From a virus (lineage: Duplodnaviria > Caudoviricetes), in the IMG/VR virus record IMGVR_UViG_3300022591_000002: 64,000 nt of DNA. The stretch is one strand, 5' to 3'. Under the pieces are notes generated by a model that was not told where the DNA came from, did no database searches, and worked only from the letters and a program-made list of their open reading frames with translations. A program made the position numbers and the translations under genes. This document shows positions 7,630 to 17,677 of this stretch, piece by piece (the first letter of the stretch is position 1; each line of letters begins with the position of its first letter).

Positions 7630-10059
7630 ATGGCCGCAGTAACCGGAACCCTAGGTGGTCAACCCATTGTACTAGACAATGCGGCCACTGAAGAAACGCT
7701 AAAACAACTCCTTGCAGTAATGCGAGGGCAATCCAAAGCCGGTGCTACTGCCGGAGGCGGAGGTGCGGGTGCTGGTCTAAATGATCTTCAAAAGAATTTT
7801 GGTAGTCTTGGTAAAACTATGCCAGGTGTTAATAAAGGCATAGGTGATTTTAGCAAAGCACAAAGTCTAGCTAATGCTGGTATGAAAGCCATGGGTAACA
7901 AAATGCCAGTGTACGTGCAGGCTATCATAGGAGTTACACAAGCTCTTACTGAAATGTTTGGCGGGTTAACTAAACTAACCAAGCAGGCCTATGACGGCGA
8001 TGTTAAGATGTCAGACTTCTTTGATGCGTTCAAAGGAATCCCACTTATTGGTGGACTCATTGAAAAGATGGGTGCGCTGGCAAAAATACAAGAAGAGAAT
8101 TTACGTGCATTCAGAGCTATGTCCAAAAGCGGTGTTGGCTTTGAAGGCAGTCTAACCACATTACGAACTAGCGCACTTGCATTAGGAATGACTGTAGATC
8201 AGTTTGCGGCCACGATGAGTCGTAACACAGATGTGTTCCGTATGCTCGGTGGTGATGTTGAAACAGGTGCTAAACAGTTTGTAAAATTTGGTGCGGCACT
8301 TCGCGACAGCCAAGCAGGTAGCAACTTACGTTCATTAGGTATGAGCGCAGATGATAGTGCAAATGCAATGGCCAACTATATTCGTAACCAAGGCGGACTA
8401 ACTGAAAGACAAAAGAAAGACTATGCAGGTGTTGCAAACTCTGTAGCAGAATACGCAAAGCAAACAGATAGACTTGCCAAATTAACTGGTACTAGTGCTG
8501 AAGAAATTGAAAAGAAAATGGCCAAGGAAGCACAAGACGAAGCTTGGCAAGCAACACTACAAGGCATGGACGAGAAAGATCGTGAAGCCGCAAACGAAGC
8601 TCTTAAAGTTGCAATGGCTACCGGTGGACAAGGTGCAGTTGATGCATTAAAAGCCAAAATGATGGGCTTGCCTCCAATGACAGAAGCAGGTCAAAAGTTT
8701 GTTGCAATGAGTGGTAATGCTAGTAAACGTCTAGAAGAAATGCAAGCTGTTACTAAGAGTAATATGAGCGCAGAACAAAAACGTCAAAAGTTAGAAGAGC
8801 TTGGCGCTATGTTACAGTTAGATCGTGCCAGAGATGCAGAAGCTATCGGTATTCAAACTCTACAAGCAATGGCCGCGCAAGGTGATCAAAACGCCATTGC
8901 TATGTTAAAAGCCAGTAACGACATGAAAAAAGCTGGCGTAACAACTTACGAGGGCGCAATAGCTAACCTTAAGAAAGCTACAGATTCACAAAACGCACAA
9001 ATGAAAAGTCAAGCAACAGCAATGGCTGATGCAGAAAATGCTCTAAAGAATCTTGGCAAAGTTATGGATGCGTTTATTGCTCCGTTGTTAGATGTGCTTA
9101 CTCCATTAATGAGTAGCGTGATACAAGGCTTTGCTAATTTTATTAGCGGACCTGTTATGACCAAACTATTAAGTTTTGCGGTAACTGTTGAAAAGACTGT
9201 TAAGTCAGTTATGGAATGGGCTGACAAAGTATTCAGTAAAGAAAATATATTGAAGATTACTAACAATATTGCAGACTTCTTTGCAGGCTTATGGATTGAT
9301 ATTAAACGCGGGCTTGCGGCTAGTCTTGGTAAAGTTGGTGATGCAATCTATAGTGAAGCAGATGCTAAACGTGATAAAGAAGCATTAGCTAAAAAGACAG
9401 CGGCTACCGAAGCCCAACTAACTGCCGAAGGCGAACTACGTAGGAAAGAAGAACAGTTTACTCTAGCCAAGCTAGCTATGAACGGCGAAGCATTGGCCGC
9501 AGAAAAGAAATCAATTAGCGACAAACAAGCAGAAATTAAAAAACTTGGCGATACTGATACTAAAAATATGTCTGCATTAGAAAAAATGCAGTTAGAGCAG
9601 AAACGATCAATGCTTCAGAAAGAAGTAGATGCACAAAATAGTACGTTAGCTAAAGTTGAAGAGATGCGTAAAACCGGAGAAGCAGAGAAGCTTGATAAAG
9701 AGCGTAAAGCACTTGAAGCTACTATTGCAGAAAAGAGTAAAGAAACTACTGCACCCGCAAATCCAGGTACGGAAAAACCAAAATACGCCAACGGTACAGG
9801 TGGATCCGGTGACGTATTACAAGACTTTGGTAAAGGTAAAGATGTTACATTACATGGCGAAGAAGCCGTGTTAAACAAAGAGCAATTAAAGAATTTGATT
9901 GCAGGAACGAGCAAAGGCGGAAATCAAGATGCGCTTGTATCAGCCCTAGAAACGTTAAATATGCAAACAGCGAAACTAATTGCTCTTAATACCGAGCAAG
10001 CAAAGCATCAAAAAGATTTGCTAAACAAGATGACCTGGACAGGCAACTTGTTTGAATAA
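7630..10059 (+). CDS. Tape-measure-like or baseplate hub protein (809 aa)
   Basis: Long Ala/Lys/Gln-rich helical protein with a C-terminal YANGTGG...LHGEEAVL motif typical of tape-measure C-termini; next to gp26/gp51. Confidence 0.6.
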   Translation: MAAVTGTLGGQPIVLDNAATEETLKQLLAVMRGQSKAGATAGGGGAGAGLNDLQKNFGSLGKTMPGVNKGIGDFSKAQSLANAGMKAMGNKMPVYVQAIIGVTQALTEMFGGLTKLTKQAYDGDVKMSDFFDAFKGIPLIGGLIEKMGALAKIQEENLRAFRAMSKSGVGFEGSLTTLRTSALALGMTVDQFAATMSRNTDVFRMLGGDVETGAKQFVKFGAALRDSQAGSNLRSLGMSADDSANAMANYIRNQGGLTERQKKDYAGVANSVAEYAKQTDRLAKLTGTSAEEIEKKMAKEAQDEAWQATLQGMDEKDREAANEALKVAMATGGQGAVDALKAKMMGLPPMTEAGQKFVAMSGNASKRLEEMQAVTKSNMSAEQKRQKLEELGAMLQLDRARDAEAIGIQTLQAMAAQGDQNAIAMLKASNDMKKAGVTTYEGAIANLKKATDSQNAQMKSQATAMADAENALKNLGKVMDAFIAPLLDVLTPLMSSVIQGFANFISGPVMTKLLSFAVTVEKTVKSVMEWADKVFSKENILKITNNIADFFAGLWIDIKRGLAASLGKVGDAIYSEADAKRDKEALAKKTAATEAQLTAEGELRRKEEQFTLAKLAMNGEALAAEKKSISDKQAEIKKLGDTDTKNMSALEKMQLEQKRSMLQKEVDAQNSTLAKVEEMRKTGEAEKLDKERKALEATIAEKSKETTAPANPGTEKPKYANGTGGSGDVLQDFGKGKDVTLHGEEAVLNKEQLKNLIAGTSKGGNQDALVSALETLNMQTAKLIALNTEQAKHQKDLLNKMTWTGNLFE

Positions 10060-10070
10060 GGAATAATATA

Positions 10071-11822
10071 ATGGCTTGGAAAAAGTATTTTACACCAGTA
10101 TCAACTACAGGGCAGTTAGGCCCAATTAGTGGTGGTAGTGGTGGTGCCACACCTGCAAGATCTAACTACTCAAGCTATCTTCCAGATGTTTACTCAGGAC
10201 ATCCAAACCGTTTAGAACGTTACGGTCAGTACGATACAATGGATACTGATAGTGAAGTTAATGCGGCATTTGATATCCTGGCAGAATTCTGTTCTCAACA
10301 AAACGATGAGAACATGACTCCGTTTCAAATTGAATTTAAAGACAAAGCCACAAGTACAGAAATTAAAGTTATTTCAAAGTACCTACAGCAGTGGACTAAG
10401 TTAAACAAATTTGATACACGCATCTTTAAAATTGTTCGTAACGTATTCAAGTACGGCGACAGTTTCTTTGTACGTGATCCAGAAACCCAATCATGGATGT
10501 ATATTGATCCTGCAAAAGTAGATAAAATTATCGTGAACGAATCAGACGGTAAAAAGCCTGAACAGTATGTAATTCGCGATATTAATCCAAATTTACAATC
10601 ATTAGCCGCAACACAGATACAACCAACAGCTGGTACAAGCGGTGGTGGCTTTGGTGCAAACTTTGCACAAGGTGGCGCACAACAACGTGGCATGACAGGT
10701 AGCTACGGAGCAGGTGGCGCAACACAAGGCGGCTCTGGTAGCAGATTTATGCAACAGCAAAATCAATGGGCTATTGATGCTAAACACGTTATCCATATTA
10801 GTCTAAGTGAAGGCTTAGACAACAACTTCCCATTTGGTAACAGCCTAATGGAAAGCATTTTCAAAGTATACAAGCAGAAAGAATTGCTTGAAGACAGTAT
10901 CATTATCTATCGTGTACAACGTGCTCCTGAGCGTAGAGTGTTTTATATTGACGTAGGTAATATGCCAAGTCACTTGGCCATGGGCTTTGTTGAACGTATC
11001 AAGAACGAAATCAATCAAAGACGTATTCCTAGCGTAACAGGCGGCGGAAATAGTGTAATTGACGCCAGTTATAATCCTCTAAGCATAAATGAAGATTACT
11101 TCTTCCCACAAACTGCTGAAGGTCGTGGGTCTAAGGTAGAAATTCTACCTGGAGGTACAAACTTAGGAGAAATAGATGACTTACGCTATTTTACAAATAA
11201 ACTTTTTAGGGCTTTACGTATTCCGTCAAGCTACTTACCTACCGGTTCAGATGATGGAGGTTCTAACTTCAATGATGGCCGAGTGGGTACCGCTTATATC
11301 CAAGAATTGCGTTTTAACAAGTACTGCGAGAGATTACAGAGTTTACTAAACGGTAACTTTGATACAGAGTTTAAGTTATTCTTAAACAACAAAGGTGTTA
11401 ACATTGACCCTAACATCTTTTCAGTTAAGTTCCAAACTCCGCAAAACTTTGCTAGCTATCGTCAAACAGAAATGGATGCGGCTCGCATCAGCACATTTGC
11501 TAGCCTAGTTGAAGTTCCATTTATCAGTAAGCGTTTTGCTCTAAAACGCTTCTTAGGACTAAGCCAAGAAGAAATGGCAGAAAACGAAGAGCTATGGAAA
11601 GAAGAAAACATCGACTTCAAAGACGAGTTATCTTCAAGCCAAGAACTACGTGGCGCAGGTATTACAGCTGGCGGCATTAGTAGTGACATGGATTCTATGG
11701 GCGAAGCAGATACCGGCGAAGACGGTATGGACCCTGCAGACATGGCACCAGAAGGTGAAGGTATGCCTGGCGCACCGGGTGGAGCTCCTGCGGGAGGTTC
11801 TACTCCAGCACCTACTGTCTAA
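10071..11822 (+). CDS. gp20: Portal protein
   Basis: LLEDSIIIYRVQRAPERRVFYIDVGNMP, EDYFFP...GRGSKVEILPGGTNLGEIDDLRYF and ELRFNKY are T4-type portal motifs. Confidence 0.95.
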   Translation: MAWKKYFTPVSTTGQLGPISGGSGGATPARSNYSSYLPDVYSGHPNRLERYGQYDTMDTDSEVNAAFDILAEFCSQQNDENMTPFQIEFKDKATSTEIKVISKYLQQWTKLNKFDTRIFKIVRNVFKYGDSFFVRDPETQSWMYIDPAKVDKIIVNESDGKKPEQYVIRDINPNLQSLAATQIQPTAGTSGGGFGANFAQGGAQQRGMTGSYGAGGATQGGSGSRFMQQQNQWAIDAKHVIHISLSEGLDNNFPFGNSLMESIFKVYKQKELLEDSIIIYRVQRAPERRVFYIDVGNMPSHLAMGFVERIKNEINQRRIPSVTGGGNSVIDASYNPLSINEDYFFPQTAEGRGSKVEILPGGTNLGEIDDLRYFTNKLFRALRIPSSYLPTGSDDGGSNFNDGRVGTAYIQELRFNKYCERLQSLLNGNFDTEFKLFLNNKGVNIDPNIFSVKFQTPQNFASYRQTEMDAARISTFASLVEVPFISKRFALKRFLGLSQEEMAENEELWKEENIDFKDELSSSQELRGAGITAGGISSDMDSMGEADTGEDGMDPADMAPEGEGMPGAPGGAPAGGSTPAPTV

Positions 11823-11838
11823 TTTGGTAAATACTCCT

Positions 11839-12087
11839 ATGCTACTAAACGAGTTTATCTATTTTAACGAAACTGATCGTGATCAAAAAGATCAAGATCG
11901 CTATGATCCCTTTGACGATAAGAGTATCCTAAAGTCTAAGGATCTACGTAAGACTAGATTAACCCTGCGTATGATTAACAAACTACGCAAAGCAGGCGAA
12001 GCACGTGATAAAGAACAAAAAGAAGACCTTGTTCTTGTTCGTCAAATGTACGCTATGCCTGAACCAGAAGCTGGGGCACCGGCTTAA
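11839..12087 (+). CDS. Small head-associated protein (82 aa)
   Basis: TAAATA at 11828-11833 then ATG 11839 (MLLNEFIYFNE...RKTRLTLRMINKLRK). It lies between portal and core genes. Confidence 0.6.
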   Translation: MLLNEFIYFNETDRDQKDQDRYDPFDDKSILKSKDLRKTRLTLRMINKLRKAGEARDKEQKEDLVLVRQMYAMPEPEAGAPA

Positions 12088-12285
12088 AATTAAGTTATCT
12101 GATTACTTCGATATCAAGAAACTTAAATATTTTTGCAGAAAGACTTCAAAAGTCGTCAAAACTTGCCCCATCTAAAGTCAAAAACGGCCGTTTTTGGCCT
12201 ATTTCCCATAAGTAATTAACCTGGCTGTTAAATATATGCTGACAGCCTTGCCTTATTACGAATACGATTAAAGGAGAACCCGCAA

Positions 12286-13275
12286 ATGTCTAAATTTGAA
12301 CAGTTGCTAGATTTACTTGTTAACGAAGAACATGAAAAAGCTAATGAGCTATTTCACGAGATCGTTGTAGAAAAATCTAGAGAAATATATGAGAACCTAA
12401 TTGCTGAAGAAGCAGAACAGGAAGAAGAAGATACTAAAGAAGAAGACGACAAAGATGAAGTCGAAGAAGCTTTTGGTATGGAAGACGAAGGTGAAGAAAG
12501 CGATGATGGAGAAATGGGTGGCGATGCTACTGATGACTTCGTTAGCGATGTAGAATCACCAGATGACGAATTTGGCGGCGAAGAAGAAGGCGGTGATGAT
12601 ACACCAGCTTCTAAAGCCGATGTGCAAGATCTAGAAGATGCACTAGAAGAATTAAAAGCAGAATTTGAGCGTTTAATGAACGCTGAAGAAGCTGAAGAAG
12701 AAGAAAATCCAGGTGTTCACGGTGATGCGTCCTTAACAGGCGACGAAGGTGAAGAATCTGATGATGCAGAAGATGAAGAAGGTGAAGGCGAAGAAGACGA
12801 ATTTGAAAGTCTTTACAACGAAAGCCGTCAACTAACACGTGAATATCGTGAAAAAGTATCTACACCAGCAATGACTGATGGTGGCGGTGTTGGATCAGGT
12901 AAAGGCGATTTAGCCGGTCAAACTGGTTCAGTAAACTCACGTAGCCCAGTAAGCTCAGGTGCAGGTAAGCCAACAACTTCAGCAAGTGCTAAGAACATTG
13001 CCGCAGGTGGTACAGGTGAAGGTAACAACACTGGTACAAGTCCTAATGCAAAAGGTCCAGCAGGCGTATTGAAATCAGGTGGCGACTTTGTTCCAGCAGG
13101 TACAAAGAACGTAGCTTCTAGTTCAACAGCTAAAATGCAAGATGGTGCAAAACTATCAGCAGTTAGCAAGCCAGCTATGAAGAAAGAAGGTGAAGGTGTT
13201 GGTGCAGGTCGCGGCGATAAAGCTGGTCAGACTGGTTCAGTTGACACACGTAGCCCAACAGACCGTAAGTTTTAA
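12286..13275 (+). CDS. Acidic prohead core or internal protein
   Basis: Very D/E-rich N-half and G/S/T-rich C-half; SD AAGGAG; TAAATA at 12229-12234. Its position between portal and protease matches T4 gp67/gp68. Confidence 0.6.
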   Translation: MSKFEQLLDLLVNEEHEKANELFHEIVVEKSREIYENLIAEEAEQEEEDTKEEDDKDEVEEAFGMEDEGEESDDGEMGGDATDDFVSDVESPDDEFGGEEEGGDDTPASKADVQDLEDALEELKAEFERLMNAEEAEEEENPGVHGDASLTGDEGEESDDAEDEEGEGEEDEFESLYNESRQLTREYREKVSTPAMTDGGGVGSGKGDLAGQTGSVNSRSPVSSGAGKPTTSASAKNIAAGGTGEGNNTGTSPNAKGPAGVLKSGGDFVPAGTKNVASSSTAKMQDGAKLSAVSKPAMKKEGEGVGAGRGDKAGQTGSVDTRSPTDRKF

Positions 13276-13288
13276 TTAGAGAACTTGG

Positions 13289-13918
13289 ATGATAAAATAC
13301 CTAAGAGAAAACCTAAATTTTGATCAAGCTCGTGTAGAATTATACGAGGCGGAAGAAAAAGGTCAGAAGAGCCTATACCTAAAAGGTATTGCTATTCAGG
13401 GCGGAATCCGTAATCAAAATCAACGTGTTTATCCTGTAGGCGAAATCACAAATGCTGTCAAGACATTAAATGATCAGATACAAAACGGTTATTCAGTCTT
13501 AGGCGAAGTTGATCATCCGGATGACCTAAAAGTAAATTTAGACCGTGTTAGTCACATGATCACAGATATGTGGATGGACGGTCCAAACGGATATGGCAAA
13601 ATGAAAATTTTGCCTACTCCAATGGGTAACTTAATCAAAACTATGCTTGAAAGCGGTGTAAAACTTGGAGTCAGTTCACGAGGTAGCGGTAACGTTAACG
13701 AAATGTCTGGCGAAGTATCTGATTTTGAGATTATCACAGTTGATATAGTTGCACAGCCTAGCGCACCAGGCGCTTATCCTACACCGGTTTATGAAGCACT
13801 CATGAATCAACGTGGCGGGATGAAAGCATGGAACGTGGCGACAGAAGTAAAAGAAGATCCAAAGGCCCAGAAGTACATTAAGGAAGCACTCCTTAATGTT
13901 ATCAAAGGTCTAAAATAA
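13289..13918 (+). CDS. gp21: Prohead protease
   Basis: NQNQRVYP, LGEVDHP, VSHMI, LGVSSRGSG and DIVAQPSAPGAYP motifs. Confidence 0.95.
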   Translation: MIKYLRENLNFDQARVELYEAEEKGQKSLYLKGIAIQGGIRNQNQRVYPVGEITNAVKTLNDQIQNGYSVLGEVDHPDDLKVNLDRVSHMITDMWMDGPNGYGKMKILPTPMGNLIKTMLESGVKLGVSSRGSGNVNEMSGEVSDFEIITVDIVAQPSAPGAYPTPVYEALMNQRGGMKAWNVATEVKEDPKAQKYIKEALLNVIKGLK

Positions 13919-13936
13919 GCCTAAGGAGATAGATAG

Positions 13937-15028
13937 ATGTTGGACGCATTCAAACAACTAGTAGAAAGTGGCATGATGTCTGAGGAAGTAAAATCTCAGA
14001 TTGAAGAAGCTTTCAACGCTAAAATTCAAGAGAATCGCGACCAAGTCACAGCTGAACTACGTGAAGAATTTTCTCAACGATATGCACACGATAAGGGTGT
14101 TATGGTTGAGGCAATCGACAAGATGATCGGCGAAAGATTGGCCGTAGAAATGGCTGAACTTGCAGAAGACAGAAAGGCATTAGCGCAAGCTCAAGCCAAG
14201 TATGCCGCAAAGATGACAGATGACGCTTCAGTAATGGAATCATTTGTTATGAATCAGCTAGCGAAAGAATTAGTTGAATTCCAAAGCGACCGTAAAACAG
14301 TTGCAGAGAATATCAACAAGTTGGAGCAGTTTATTGTTCATGCTCTTGCTAAAGAAATCAAAGAGTTCGCTCAAGACAAACGTGATCTAGCAGAAACGAA
14401 AGTTAAGTTAGTAGCGGGTGCTAAAGAGAAATTTGATGAAGTTAAGAAACAATTCATTAGTCGTGCCGCTAAAGTGGTTGAAGGTACTGTAACACAGAAG
14501 TTGACAACAGAAATCAAGCAATTGAAAGAAGATATCGACTCTGCTCGTACTAACAACTTCGGTCGCAAGATTTTTGAAGCCTTTGCCCAGGAGTTTTCAA
14601 GCTCTTACTTAAATGAAAAATCAGAAACAAGTAAATTGTTAACGATCATTCAAAAGAAAGAACAAGAGATCGCCGAAGCACAACAAGCTCTAAACCAAGT
14701 ACAAACTATTGCAGAATCTAAGGACCGCGAAATTCGTGTTGCTAAAGATTTAATGGAACGTAAAGAAGTTATGAGTGAGTTATTAGCACCTCTAAGTGCT
14801 GACAAAAGAGAGATTATGAAATCATTGTTAGAATCTGTTTCAACACAGAAACTACGTGGTTCATATGACAAATACCTACCAGCGGTTCTAGAAAATAATG
14901 TCCAGAAACCAAAAGCTGTTTACTTAAAAGAAGCAGTCGAGGTAACTGGGGATCGTGAAGCAAAAAGTCAGCCAGAGGTAGGCTTAGATAATATTATAGA
15001 TATCCGCAAACTAGCGGGTCTAAAATAA
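13937..15028 (+). CDS. gp22: Prohead scaffolding protein
   Basis: Long Glu/Lys-rich coiled coil between protease and major capsid protein. Confidence 0.8.
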   Translation: MLDAFKQLVESGMMSEEVKSQIEEAFNAKIQENRDQVTAELREEFSQRYAHDKGVMVEAIDKMIGERLAVEMAELAEDRKALAQAQAKYAAKMTDDASVMESFVMNQLAKELVEFQSDRKTVAENINKLEQFIVHALAKEIKEFAQDKRDLAETKVKLVAGAKEKFDEVKKQFISRAAKVVEGTVTQKLTTEIKQLKEDIDSARTNNFGRKIFEAFAQEFSSSYLNEKSETSKLLTIIQKKEQEIAEAQQALNQVQTIAESKDREIRVAKDLMERKEVMSELLAPLSADKREIMKSLLESVSTQKLRGSYDKYLPAVLENNVQKPKAVYLKEAVEVTGDREAKSQPEVGLDNIIDIRKLAGLK

Positions 15029-15052
15029 TTAAATTCAAGGAGAAGACATAAA

Positions 15053-16231
15053 ATGTCACAATTATTAAATGAAAGATGGTCAGAGACCAAAGAAGCTCTG
15101 CTTGAAGGCCTACAAGGTAACCGCAAGTCTTCTATGGCAGTTTGCTTAGAAAATACTCGCAAGTACTTGGCTGAAAGCGCAACTGCTGGTGCAACATCCG
15201 CAGGTAACATTGCAACACTTAACCGTGTTATTCTTCCAGTAATCCGTCGTGTTATGCCGACAGTTATTGCGAACGAAATCATCGGCGTTCAGCCAATGAC
15301 AGGTCCAGTTGGTCAAATCCATACTCTACGTGTACGTTACGCAGACAACGGTGACCAAGTTGTAGCAGGTGAAGAGGCATTAAGCCCATTCAAGATTGCG
15401 GCCGCTTACAGTGGTAACAATACTGATGCAACTCCAAAGGCTAACACAACAGCCGCAATGGAAGGTACACCTGGTAAGCGTATGAGCATTCAAATCTTGA
15501 AGGCACCAGTCGAAGCTAAGTCACGCAAGCTATCAGCTCGTTGGACATTCGAAGCCGCTCAAGATGCTCAAGCACAACAAGGTATTGACATCGAAGCAGA
15601 AATCATGGCCGCTTTAGCTCAAGAAATTACAGCTGAAATAGACCAAGAAATCCTAGCTTCATTAAGTGGTTTAGCAACTGTTGAACAAACTTATGACCAG
15701 TCATTAGTTTCTGGTACAGCTACATTCGTTGGTGACGAGCATGCCGCATTGGCAATCCAAATCAACCGTGTTGCAAACTTGATCGCTCAGCGTACACGTC
15801 GTGGTGCGGCTAACTGGGCAGTTGTAAGTAACCAAGCTCTTACAATTCTTCAATCAGCAACTACATCAGCTTTTGCACGTACTACAGAAGGTACATTCGA
15901 AGCACCTACAAACACTAAGTTTGTTGGTACATTGAACAACGCAATGCGTATCTATGTAAACAGCTACATGCCTGATACAGGCCGTGACAACGACCAAGTT
16001 CTTATTGGTTATAAGGGTGCTTCAGAAGCAGACGCTCCAGCGTTCTATTGCCCATATATTCCTCTAATGAGTTCTGGTGTTGTTCTAGATCCAAACACAT
16101 TCGAACCAGTAGTTGGCTTCTTAACACGCTACGGCTATGTTGAGTTGACAAACACAGCGTCTAGCTTAGGCAACGCCGCTGACTACCTAGGTAAGGTGGC
16201 TATTGTTTCTGCAAACGTAAGTTTCAGTTAA
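15053..16231 (+). CDS. gp23: Major capsid protein (T4 gp23 family, compact 392-aa form)
   Basis: GVQPMTGPVGQI, SRKLSARWTFEAAQD, EITAEIDQE, FYCPYIPL, and FEPVVGFLTRYG motifs. Confidence 0.95.
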   Translation: MSQLLNERWSETKEALLEGLQGNRKSSMAVCLENTRKYLAESATAGATSAGNIATLNRVILPVIRRVMPTVIANEIIGVQPMTGPVGQIHTLRVRYADNGDQVVAGEEALSPFKIAAAYSGNNTDATPKANTTAAMEGTPGKRMSIQILKAPVEAKSRKLSARWTFEAAQDAQAQQGIDIEAEIMAALAQEITAEIDQEILASLSGLATVEQTYDQSLVSGTATFVGDEHAALAIQINRVANLIAQRTRRGAANWAVVSNQALTILQSATTSAFARTTEGTFEAPTNTKFVGTLNNAMRIYVNSYMPDTGRDNDQVLIGYKGASEADAPAFYCPYIPLMSSGVVLDPNTFEPVVGFLTRYGYVELTNTASSLGNAADYLGKVAIVSANVSFS

Positions 16232-16257
16232 TCAGTAGTAGGACTAAGTATCCAAAC

Positions 16258-16282
16258 AAAAACCGCCCTAGGGCGGTTTTTT
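16258..16282. terminator. Bidirectional rho-independent terminator
   Basis: Perfect palindrome AAAAACCGCCCTAGGGCGGTTTTT between the capsid gene and the convergent endolysin. Confidence 0.85.
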
Positions 16283-16298
16283 GTTGACTTAAAAAATA

Positions 16299-16940
16299 TT
16301 AACCTTGACTATCGTCGGCTAAAATATCACAGAAATTATTAAAGTGATCGATACGTTCTTTCATACCTAGTGTACCACCGTTAATACGTTTTGTCATTGT
16401 TTCTAAGTCTTCTTGATCTGCTAACGGATTAAGATTATTTTTGTGCCAGAACCAGCAAGCACTCCATAATGCACCTTCCTTAGTTTCAAACCAATCAGGA
16501 TTTTCTAACAAAGAATCATTTTGATATAGATCATGTGAGCATTGACGATAGTTGTCTTTGCCAGTGATTTGTACAATACCACGTCCGCGGAAACGATATC
16601 CGTCACCGCTTGCTTCAGGACCATTGCCCATACGTCCACCGTAGGCACGATTAGCAATAGCTTCCGGGTTGTGTGCGTATTGTTGCGCTACATCTGCAGG
16701 AAACAGTCTTGGCCATACACGGCTTAGCGTTTCTGCTTTATAGTTTAAGTTCTCATGAACAACTGTAAAGTCCATACTTTCATGAGCACATTGAGCCAAG
16801 AAGGCCGCTACACGCTGTATTGATGTAATACCAAATTGAGGTAATGTTGCCGCAAGCAAAGGATACCATTCGGCAATCTCTTGATTGCGACTTAGGCATT
16901 CTTGTAACTTGCTAGGGGTAAAATTAAATTCAAAGCTCAT
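16299..16940 (-). CDS. Glycoside hydrolase family 19 endolysin
   Basis: FLAQCAHES, YRFRGRGIVQITGKDNY, WFW and TKRINGG motifs; SD GGAG; minus-strand TAAATA at 16963-16968. Confidence 0.9.
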   Translation of the reverse strand: MSFEFNFTPSKLQECLSRNQEIAEWYPLLAATLPQFGITSIQRVAAFLAQCAHESMDFTVVHENLNYKAETLSRVWPRLFPADVAQQYAHNPEAIANRAYGGRMGNGPEASGDGYRFRGRGIVQITGKDNYRQCSHDLYQNDSLLENPDWFETKEGALWSACWFWHKNNLNPLADQEDLETMTKRINGGTLGMKERIDHFNNFCDILADDSQG

Positions 16941-16962
16941 TTTGGCTCTCCTTTTGTATTGT

Positions 16963-16994
16963 TATTTAACTCTTAAACCAAAGTAGGTTAAATA
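16963..16994. promoter_or_regulatory. Back-to-back late promoter motifs (- 16963-16968; + 16989-16994)
   Basis: TTAAATAA on both strands between divergent genes. Confidence 0.6.
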
Positions 16995-17072
16995 ATACTG
17001 TTCAAAAAAGAACTTGTTGCGGTTCCCATCCGCGCAGTGGCTAGAACCCACAAACATTAAGGAGAAATTAAA

Positions 17073-17648
17073 ATGGCAAGAGGAATGAAAACCGCAAAGA
17101 ATAATACACTAGGTGGCACACAAACTAGTTCAAATATTCAAACAGATCAAGCAATTCAACCGCAAACAGTTACAGTTGCTGATAGTACAAGTACAACAGT
17201 AACAGCGTTTGCTGGTGGTGTAGGTGGCGTAACAGCCGGAACTACTAGTCTTGTAATTCTAATCAATTACAAAGACAAAGATGGCAATGCTTACACAGAT
17301 GGACAAATTATTGCGCAAAAAGGCAGTAGACAGTTCATGGTACAAAGTCAAGCAGGTGGCGCCGCTACATTAAGTCGCGTAGTGTTAACAGCAGTTGCTC
17401 CTGGTAGCTTAACAGCAAGCCAAGGTAGTATCAAAGGTGTTGACAAAGACGGCAATTTGTTTTATGCAAGTCGCATTACAAATAAATTTGTATGGAATGG
17501 CACATATGAAAACTCATCATCAGTGCGTTTTCCATATGCACTAGTTAGTACAGCCGCAATTACTTACATTGACACAACAAGTGGTCCTGTAATTACATCT
17601 CCATCTGGATATGTTTACAGAAAACATGCAGTTGTAGAAGGCTTTTAA
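17073..17648 (+). CDS. Probable virion structural protein (191 aa)
   Basis: Strong SD AAGGAG, late promoter, own terminator, capsid-like codon bias; T/S/G/V-rich. Confidence 0.6.
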   Translation: MARGMKTAKNNTLGGTQTSSNIQTDQAIQPQTVTVADSTSTTVTAFAGGVGGVTAGTTSLVILINYKDKDGNAYTDGQIIAQKGSRQFMVQSQAGGAATLSRVVLTAVAPGSLTASQGSIKGVDKDGNLFYASRITNKFVWNGTYENSSSVRFPYALVSTAAITYIDTTSGPVITSPSGYVYRKHAVVEGF

Positions 17649-17650
17649 TT

Positions 17651-17675
17651 AAAGGACTCTTAGGAGTCCTTTTTT
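17651..17675 (+). terminator. Rho-independent terminator
   Basis: AAAGGACTC-TTAG-GAGTCCTTTTTT. Confidence 0.8.
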
Positions 17676-17677
17676 AT

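Noticed and set aside
1354-16231. Inteins or introns in gp47, gp46, portal, protease or capsid genes
   Set aside because: Lengths and motif spacing are normal, and no intein C1/HN-[CST] or LAGLIDADG blocks were seen.
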